From: Malacoraja senta
Taxonomy: Eukaryota
NCBI GenBank assembly: GCA_038087875.1
Contig: CM075989.1
Span: 10,976,001 to 11,036,000 of the forward strand
Direction of reading: 5' to 3'
Length of the DNA: 60,000 nucleotides
The notes under the pieces were generated by a model. That model worked only from the letters and a program-made list of their open reading frames with translations, did not search any database and was not told the origin of the DNA. Below are positions 51,309 through 60,000 of this stretch, one piece after another. Both the position numbers and the translations under genes were made by a program. Numbering within the stretch: position 1 is the first letter of the stretch; each line of letters opens with the position of its first letter.

Positions 51309-53282
51309 TTTGTTTCTTGATTTTATTATCTTAACCCCCAGTACTTTATCCCAAGTCTCTTTGGTACTTTTTCCTACGGCACTGAGGAAGCGGGCAACGA
51401 AACATTCATCCCGAGGAAAAGGCATCTGACACGATAGAAAGTCTGACCACCATGTGCCAGATTAACACTGAAGTATATAACCTCTTTGCAAATATCAGGT
51501 AAGGTCTCTGGAAAAATGGACACAATCACACAATGCATTTTCCAAAACAAAATGTAATGGAATCAGACACGACTTATTCTGTCACGACAAGCCATGGTGA
51601 AAATTAAAAGCAAACCTGACAGTTTACATTTGCGTAAATAGGCTGATTGTGGCACAAAATGGCAAAATAATACTAAGCACAGAGCAAGACCATAATATAA
51701 ACATGATCCGGCATTCTGTAGGTGGGTACGGCAATGAGTGGTGAAACTGGATCTCAGGCAGAGCAGTCTTACCTGTTGTTGCTCAAAGCAAGTCAGAATC
51801 ACAGGAGGCTACAGCAGAGGACATGTCGGGTACATTCCTTCCAACACAGGAATGTCAGGTGTCACATTTCAAGAGGAAGAATGAGGAGAGGTACAAAAAC
51901 AAAAATAATTTCAAGAGGTACAAAAACAAAAAAATTGCGATTTATTTGCGTAAATTGTTGAAAGTGGCAGGTCAGGTTGAGACAGAAGTTAAAATAACAA
52001 GATTCCAGGCTTTATAAATAGATGCATATAGTACAAGAGCAAGGAAGACCCAACAAACATTATAGAACAGCAGCTCGTAGTCTACAGTCCAGTTTTGGGT
52101 GCTATACTTTAGGGAAGACCTGAGGGAGAAGGTGCAGAAGAGATTTGTTAGTATGATTGTAGGGATTAGGAGTTTTTATTATTTGGATACGCTAGAGATT
52201 CTTGGAAGGGACGTTGAAAATTGATCCAGTAAAGGTATTGAAAATCATGAACGATCTGGAGCGAGTGGATGGAAACACTTCCTGTTAGTGGAGTGGTCAA
52301 GAAACATGAACATACCATGAAAGTGATTGGCAAAACCACTAAAAATTTACACAAGGAAAAATTGCCTTCGGTGGTAAGTGGTTGGGGTCTGGAATGCTCT
52401 TCTTGGGGAATGGAGAAGGCAATTTGGGTGTTCAGAAAAGCACTGGAAAAAGAGCTTGGAAAAATAAAATTGCATTGAAAGCATGCGGCTGTCGGTTCAA
52501 TTGGACCTGACATACTGCATGTCATCTTTGTGCTGTCTTTCATGTCAGAACATGCTAGGAACAGCTTAAATAGTAGACAAGACTGTTCTACCTTATTTCT
52601 GTTCTCCTCACAGCATACTGTTTTGCCAGCAAACTTGGAAATTGTACCGTGTCCTCAAGTTCACATAATTAATGTGACATGATATATTTAGCTGCCAGTG
52701 GAAGTAGTTGAGGCAGGTACAATAACATATAAAAGACATTTGGGCAGGTACATGCATGGGAGTTGGGTCAAACACACCAAATGGGATTAGCATAGATGGG
52801 GGATCTTGGTTGACAAATTGGGCTGCAGGGCCTGTTTCCTGGCTGTGTAACTCAGACTGGACAATATAACCAGATCCTGCAGTGGGACGAGTTACAACAG
52901 CTGAGTGAAGTAAAATATCTATTTTTCGCATGCTCTTTCTTTGCATAAAGGGTACACAACTTTGACATACTTAAATATCCTTTCACTTCTCTAATGATAA
53001 AAAAATAAAATGACTAATCTATTTTTAATTACACTGGCTCAGAAATAAATAATCAAAACACCAAGAAGTTCTACTCATTATTGCATTGGGGTATTTGTGG
53101 AAGCTGACAGTATGCAAGATGTCCCCAAAATGGATTTCACCTCAATCAGTATGGGATTTCCTAACATTGCAAGAGGTAATGTTAATGGCTCATGCTTTCA
53201 ATTTTATTTTGCTCAGACATTTACACATATCTAAACAAAATGGACAAAAGCAATCTGGGAACAAAGCAACAAAAGACAATTT

Positions 53283-53708
53283 TCTGAAGTAGGGTCTCGA
53301 CCCGAAACATCACCCATCCTTTCTCTCCAGAGATGCTGCTTGTCCCGCTGAGTTACTCCAGCATTTTGTGTCTATCTTCGGTTGCATTTGGATTTTTGGC
53401 CAGTTTAAGAATAAGGGGTAAGCCATTTAGAATGGAGATGAGGAAAAACTTTTTCTCCCAGAGTTGCGAGTCTGTGGAATTCTCTGCCTCAGAAGGCGGT
53501 GGAGGCCGGTTCTCTGGATGTTTTCAAGAGAGTTAGATAGAGCTCTTATAGATAGCGGAGTCAGGGGATATGGGGAGAAGGCAGGAACGGGGTACTGATT
53601 GTGGATGATCAGCTATGATCACATTGAATGGTGGTGCTGGCTCGAAGGGCCGAATGGCCTACTCCTGCACCTATTGTCTATAAACCAGCAACAGCAGTTC
53701 CTTCCTAA
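53283..53708 (+). mobile_element. Penelope tail interrupted by a CR1 3' end (about 53383-53680)
   Basis: Tail split at tatcttcggtt|taaaccagca; the insert has LRIRGKPFRMEMRKNFFSQ and a cctattgtcta end. Confidence 0.8.
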
Positions 53709-54659
53709 ACTATTTTATCTCATATTCTAGGAGAAAAAAATGGCATCATTTGCTTGGTGTGTCCTCCCTCTGGTCCATCAGCCTACATCGATATTAAATA
53801 GCAGAAACAAGGGAGTTCTTGTTTCAGAATTTAATCTGCAATTACAAATGAAGCATCCAGTACTCTTGCCTGTGTTTTAAACTGTGTTGTGTATGTGCCA
53901 TTTCAAGGATGGGATTACAGCTCATAACTCAACCATAAAATGCAGAGCTTAAGTGGTTCTATTTTAATACACAAATGCAACATTAACTAACCTGTTGAGA
54001 TATATCAGTGCAACAAGATGCGTCCTTTTGAGTCTTAACAAAATCTGACACGTAAATCTTGTCTGCCACAGTAAATCACAATAAAGATCCGTACAGATTC
54101 ATTCTTTCATACAATTATACAAACCATACCTCCAAAATAAAATTCTCGGAGGGTTCAACAGGATAAATTCTATGGACGAGTTGGGGTGAAGCGCCGATCT
54201 CTCTGCTGTAGGACAACAAATTAAAGGCTCACAGGGGAAAAGGTCTTGAGCCAAAACTTCACTTAATCCTTTTCTCCAGAGATGTTGCCTGATCCGTTGA
54301 GTTACTCCAGCTTTTTGTGTCTATCTTTGGTGTAGACCAGCATCTGCAGTTCCTTCCTGTACATAAAGGCCCAGAGGGCTGTGAACCTACATAATTTTCT
54401 ACCACAACAGCTGTAGACCTTCAGATATTCAATATAGTGAAGTTTCAGCAACAACAAATGTTTACGCACCATGGGAACCGAGAGGACAGTCCAGAGAGTC
54501 TGTGGAGGCAAGTCAGACGATCAGTGATGATCTTATTGGAATTGATCCAGGGCATACTCCCACCTCATTTCTCCCGAGGAACATTTACACTTCTTTCATC
54601 CCCAACAGGCCACAAAGAGCACTCATGAAACCAAACATCATTCAACATTTTACTGGAAT

Positions 54660-56356
54660 TTACAAACACAAGGATACAGTTTTTATTTATGTACATAAAC
54701 AACAGGCAAGTCTCATCAAGTTCTGATGCGCGTTGAAAGTGAGCATCAGATTGGACCTTCCATTCGCAGGTACAAGTTCTTAGAATTGCCCAGTCTTCAA
54801 TGAACAGAAACAGACTTTGAAAAGTCCACAGGTTTACTTGTAATAAGTTGTATAAAAAATGAACATGAATTTGAATATTGTACATTATCAAATACAAATG
54901 CAGATAAGAATCTAAAAAAAACAGAAGATTTTACATAACTGCATCTTTGGAAAATCGACTCCCAAAAAGATCCATTTATTGATGTTATGCAGTAGAGTGA
55001 CAGCTCTGTTTCCTGTACAAAGCCAATGTACCAGGGATGGCAATATATTTCTCTGGTAGAATCTCGCACTTTGTCCTTCCTGGTGATATCACTCTGTCAT
55101 TGGTGCCACAAAGGTTTTTCTATATACAATTTGTGCAGGAATGGAGATTTCTTGAGTTGTATATGGTTAGGCTGCTCTGTCCCACTCCCGCACTGCTGTG
55201 CACAGGCTTTTGACAATGCTTTTGTGATTCCCTGTAGTCCTGTGCAGATTGGTGAGGAAGTCCATCAGCTGTTAGCTGCATCACTATCGTAAGACTTTCA
55301 GCAAAGTAAACTCTGATTAACCAGCAAAAGTTTCAACAAAAGTTAGTTCTGTACAAAATTTGAGGAAACAATACATCACCTTCCCCAATGCATCACCCTT
55401 CCCCTACAGACTACCCGAGTGTAGACTTGACATCCACAACAGGGAAGACGTCCCAATCTGGGCTGAAGGGTTTCCAACCCAAGTAGCCAGAGCAGACTGT
55501 TCGACAGGGATCTGAACCAAATGCTGTTTAATGACTTCAGAGCTTGTTGTGTGTGCCCTTGATATGGTTCACACATGAAAAACGGCTATCGCAGAACGAT
55601 GCCAGAACACTGCTAAATACGTGGAGTGTGGCTGCACCCCAGACAGATCAGCACCCTCAGGCAAGGAGGAAGAAAAATGTTTCTTCTTTCCTGCCAAGAG
55701 AATTTAATTAGCTTTTCAAAGCTCACTTTTACAGGAATTTTCTTCCTTCTCCGGGTTGAAAGTGTTGGAATGGAAATTGCTTCCATTTTCCATCTGTATT
55801 AAGCACTCAACTGTGCATTTTTACAAACAAAAAAAATCTGACTATTAAATGCATTTTCCACAAATGGATAAAAATCCACATGCAGCACATGATACAGTTA
55901 AAATCCACCTCCTTGTATCATCAAGAGCTGAAAAATTACAAACTTGTTCTTTGTTATCATGGAACCCAAGTTCAAACTAATTTATCAGCCCAAAAACCAG
56001 GGCTATGATATAACCAATAAGCATAAACTGGATGTTTACAACATAACCATGATTAAGAACATTTTTTATGTTTGTATCCAAGGATAAAACCAAACCATTC
56101 AGGAATTAAAGTATCTGGTTTACTCCACACTGGCTCCACTACCCACACTCCATTTGCCAAAAAGACTACCAGAGGATGAAAAACCATCAATGGTAAAAGT
56201 CTACTAAAATGGTTTACAAATTACATTTGGAACCTCATTGCTGCAGGTACCAGCGGCAACAACTGCTGTACTTCAAATTGGTTAAAAGAAAACTGTACAA
56301 AAAAAAGTTAAATACAAAAAGAAATCATTACCAAAAGGTGAAATTACAGTTAGCAG
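54660..56356 (-). other. MORF4L1: Putative MORF4L1 3'UTR
   Basis: Apparently repeat-free tract after the stop codon; minus-strand AATAAA at 54975-54980 and 54682-54687; end position inferred. Confidence 0.6.
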
Positions 56357-56441
56357 TCACACGGCCTTTCGATGATATTCTGGTGGTGCCACTTCATAAT
56401 CACTTGGACTGAACAGACTTGAAGCGTTCTTCACCAAGTAC
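56357..56441 (-). CDS. MORF4L1: MORF4L1 (MRG15) last coding exon
   Basis: ttttcag acceptor; (K)YLVKNASSLFSPSDYEVAPPEYHRKAV* matches the MRG15 C-terminus; phase 2 fits the previous exon. Confidence 0.97.
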
Positions 56442-57189
56442 CTGAAAATGACGTGGGGTTGAAGAAAATAGAGTTACGAATAACAATTCAGAGTTACCAA
56501 GATGGTTAGTCACACCCCAATTTGCGTTCTCTATATTCTCCATATTTCTTTGGAAGCCCAACCTCTCAAAGAGGAAACACCAAACTGTCAGAGTTTAGTT
56601 CAACTTAAGCCACTGAAAGAGTAGGGCAGTTCTCTTTCAAACAACCCATGCACACTTGGAATGATATAGCTCAGAAATTCTAATGGAGAACCCCCAAGAT
56701 ACACGGATCTGACTCAAATGAAGGGCGACTCAAATAAAGGACCAAGATAAGATTATCCAACTTCCCTGCAGTGCCTAGCCCCTGCAATCCAATCCAATCA
56801 TAAAGGATGCAATTCCTAGTCCCGAGTGAGGCCAGTAACTGTAAACCAGTTGTAAATATATCTTTGGATCTTAAATTCACTAAAAGTGAAATCATCTTTC
56901 CACTTGCTCCTTATTATGAACAACTAACATTCTCAAATACACTCATATCCTGGATCTAGTTTGCTCGAGGCAGTTTTAAATACACTAAACTTGCAAGATA
57001 TATATTGGCAATTTAAGGTCTACATGGACTCTGATGAAGCCCACATTTACACTGCACCTCCAATTTCTGTGCGTCGGAAGCTCCCCAAATCCTCCACCTC
57101 TCAACTATTCCAACCCACACCACAAAAAGCTGTTGAGCCAGAGATAATGGATGGCAAGCAAATTTGTGAAAGACCCCCTATTTTTGCAC

Positions 57190-58995
57190 ATTCAAGGCAG
57201 CAAACGGGAGGGCAAATATAAGACGCGAAATGGAGCTGGCATGTAAAGGTAAATCCTAACAGACTCTGCAGGCATATTAAGTGTAAAAAAATGGATTGGA
57301 ATAGAAGATCCGAATCCACATAAAGATCAACATGGCCATCTGTGTGTGGAGCCATAAAAGATGGGGGAGATATTAACTTAATGCTTCTCACCAGTCTCTA
57401 CTGAGAAGATCATGGAAGCCAAGAAAGGGAAGCAGAGGTGTTGTGATGTCTTAGATCAGGGGTCTCCAAACTATGGCCTGCTGGCCACATCCGTCCCGCC
57501 ACGGCCCGCGGCAAGCTCTTAACACGTTCCGTGCAGCGGGCTATTTAGCGGGTTCTGTGGTAGCGCGGAAACTTACATGTCAGTTTGCCGTACACTATCA
57601 AGTTGAGGGTTTGTGTGCAGCTGCTGACAAGTTACCGTTAGTTGCACGTGACTAATACCCAGGGGTGCAGTGCTGCTGGAGCTCACTGGAGCGCCGCTAG
57701 CGGGTATGTGATCAGGGTAACCTGGTTGAAAGAGGGGGAAGGGGAAGACCCATCATTACTGAGATTCCCTGTAGGAGGGGAGGAGCACTAGGACCCAGCA
57801 GAGTCAGACCACATGCATCGTGGAGGTTGTGGGCCTGGTACTGAGCAGAACTCTGGTGAGGTGATGGCTCTGGCCCGCTGGTAGCCGGTGGAGAGGTGAG
57901 GGGTGGCGGATTTGCTGGAGGGAACTAGAGTAGAGACACGGATCGGCAGCGGCAGCATCGGTGGCCCAGGGAAGACAGTGAAGGTCAGCGACAGTGGGCT
58001 GTGAGTGAGTGAGTGGTTGACATTTCGTTATTTTTTCCTATGGCCTGCAAAATGTGCCAAATATATATAGTGGCCCTTATGCTGAAAAGTTTGGAGGCCC
58101 CTGTCTTAGATCAATACAAAAGACCAAAGAGGAGATATTGTGGTTTTGAAAGCAATTTTAGGTGGATAAATCCCCAGGACCAGACCAAGTACATCCTTGG
58201 ACATTGTGGAAAGCTGGTGAGGAAACTGCCAAGGCCCTTGCAGGGATATTGGCGTAATCTTTAGGCACAGGAGAAGTTCCAAAAGACTGGAGAGTGGCTA
58301 ATGTACCGTTATTTAAGGGAATCAAGGACAAGCCATGGAACTATAGTACAGTGAGCCTGATGTCAGTGCTGGGGAGGGTGTTGGAGGGGATACCTACTGA
58401 CAGGATGTACCAGGATTTCGATAGGCATGGACCGATTAGGAATAGTCAGCATAGCTTTATACGTGGGAGATCACATCTCACAAATCTGATGAAGTTTTTG
58501 AAGAGGTCAACAAGAGAATTATTGAGAGCAGGGCAGCGGGTGTCATCTACATGAACCTTAGTAAGGCCTTTGACCAAGGTTCCGCATGGTGGGCAAGTGT
58601 GGAAGATGGGAGCAGTTCCGGTCGCCCGCTACAAGATATCATTATGGTCGAAGGGGTCAGAAGAGATGCCCCAGAATATTACTGGGGTTTGCAGACATGG
58701 GTTATGGGGAGAGGTTAGATAGGTTGGCATTTTTTCTTCGAATATAGGGGGGCCCAGGGGTGACTTTATTGAGGTGTACAGTATCAGGAGGGGCATGAAT
58801 AAAGTGTAAGCACACAGTATTTTCTGCAGGGTAGAGGATTGTAAAAATAGAGGACAGAGGTTTAAGGCAAGAGGGTGGAGATTTAAGAGGGACGTCAGGA
58901 GCAATTTTTTCATTCAGTGGATGGCCCGTAGCTGGAATGAGCTGCAGAGGAAATTATAGAAGTCCACACAATTATGACTTTTAAAAGACATTTGT
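57190..58995 (+). mobile_element. Old CR1 LINE remnant in the MORF4L1 intron, interrupted by a hAT MITE
   Basis: WRVANVPLFK..DKPWNY..VSLMSVLGRVLE, SQHSFIRGRSHLTNL. Confidence 0.8.
57457..58103. mobile_element. hAT (Charlie-like) non-autonomous DNA transposon
   Basis: TIR CAGGGGTCTCCAAACT / AGTTTGGAGGCCCCTG (15 of 16 match); 8-bp TSD TCTTAGAT (57449-57456, 58104-58111). Confidence 0.92.
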
Positions 58996-59309
58996 TTCCC
59001 CTTAATCCCAACAACCTACCACTTCATCCGACATTGTATGTGTATTCTTTACTTCCAATCCTTAATCCCTTGCTAAATTCTGTACCTGCTCAAAATGTCA
59101 ATCTTCCACTTCTGATAAAGACTACAAGGTAAAAACAGTTCATTCTCCAGGTGACCCGAGTATTTTCCCAGAATTTATTCCCTTACGGCGATTTTCACTG
59201 GTATGCAGACGACTTTAAATGTTTGTCATTCTGACATTCCACACAACTTCCTATACATGTTGCCCAGGCTGTAAGAACATTCACCCCATTATCCACCGTA
59301 TTTTTAAAG

Positions 59310-59733
59310 GCATAGGAAAGAAATGCAGATGCTGGTTTACACCGAAGACACAAAATGCTGGTAGACAAAAATGCTGGAGAAACTCAGCGGGTGAGGCAGC
59401 ATCTATGGAGCAAAGAAAATAGGCAACGTTTCGGGTCGAGACCCTTCTTCAGTCTGAAGAAAGGTCTCGACCCGAAACGTTGCCTATTTCCTGCCAGCAT
59501 TTGTCTACCTTCGATTTTCCAGCAATCTGCAGTTCCTTCTTAAACACAAAATGCTGGAGTAATTCAGCGGAACAAGCAGCATCTCTGGATGGGTGGCGTG
59601 TAGGAATGGGTGGAGTTTTAAGTCGAGACCCTTCTTCAGACTCTCTGAAGAAGGGTCGCAACCTGAAACATCGCCCATTCCTTCTATCCAGAGATGCTGC
59701 CTGTTCCGCTGAGTTACTCCAGCATTTTGTGTA
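59310..59733. mobile_element. Nested palindromic Penelope-derived elements (an A-type inside a B-type)
   Basis: The outer arm is broken at acacaaaatgctgg (about 59348, repeated about 59544); two fold-back centres at about 59452 and 59642. Confidence 0.8.
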
Positions 59734-59772
59734 TATTTTTAAAGGTTTTGGGTATTTTGAAATGTTACTTAC

Positions 59773-59857
59773 TTTAAGAAATCGTGCAAGTAATTTAGCA
59801 GCAAGGCCAAACTCTTCTCATCCAAAGGTGTGTACGCTAGCATTGCTCCTATTCGCA
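59773..59857 (-). CDS. MORF4L1: MORF4L1 (MRG15) penultimate coding exon, MRG domain
   Basis: ctctctaacag acceptor and GTAAGT donor; (V)RIGAMLAYTPLDEKSLALLLNYLHDFL(K). Confidence 0.97.
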
Positions 59858-60000
59858 CTGTTAGAGAGAAGCTGGACTTTAGAAGAAAGTATTGTTACAG
59901 CATTCATTCCACAGAACAGAAGTGGGCTAGTCACAGTAGTTAGCCCATGGGCTGATCAAAGCAGTTTGCCCATGCTTCACACAACTCTCCTTCAGTAATA

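Noticed and set aside
51888..51936. Short tandem duplication GAGGTACAAAAACAAAAA
   Set aside because: Ordinary local slippage duplication within a decayed CR1
59310..59733. CRISPR-like or prokaryotic REP array reading of the recurring palindromes
   Set aside because: Copies are dispersed with TSDs, lack regular spacers and cas genes, and match a Penelope tail in a eukaryotic context
59480..59998. 172-aa plus-strand ORF
   Set aside because: Made of repeat sequence plus the antisense of a MORF4L1 exon

Overview
Vertebrate genomic DNA. The repeat landscape (CR1, V-type tRNA SINEs, Penelope/Neptune, Rex1-like LINEs) points to a cartilaginous fish, probably a skate or ray (inference). Two minus-strand genes are recognisable. 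(1) The first coding exon and CpG-island promoter of UACA (MKSLKSRLKKHEVAPN, 29417-29464); its first intron runs off the left edge, as exon 2 was not found. (2) The last two coding exons and 3'UTR of MORF4L1/MRG15 (59773-59857, 56357-56441). Most of the rest is transposon-derived. The most interesting signal is a family of about 20 short, often palindromic insertions that match the 3' end of a Penelope-like retroelement at 10427-13310. They carry a minimal hammerhead-ribozyme-like core (CTGAAGA-A-GGGT-CTCG-ACCC-GAAAC-GTC), several have their own 10-15 bp target-site duplications (TSDs), and they fold back at the ribozyme. Also notable is a three-level nest at 1362-3280: a CR1 holds a TAG...CTA DNA transposon with a 7-bp TSD, which holds a GC-rich Harbinger-like MITE with hairpins and E-boxes. 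All calls were made by eye without database searches.
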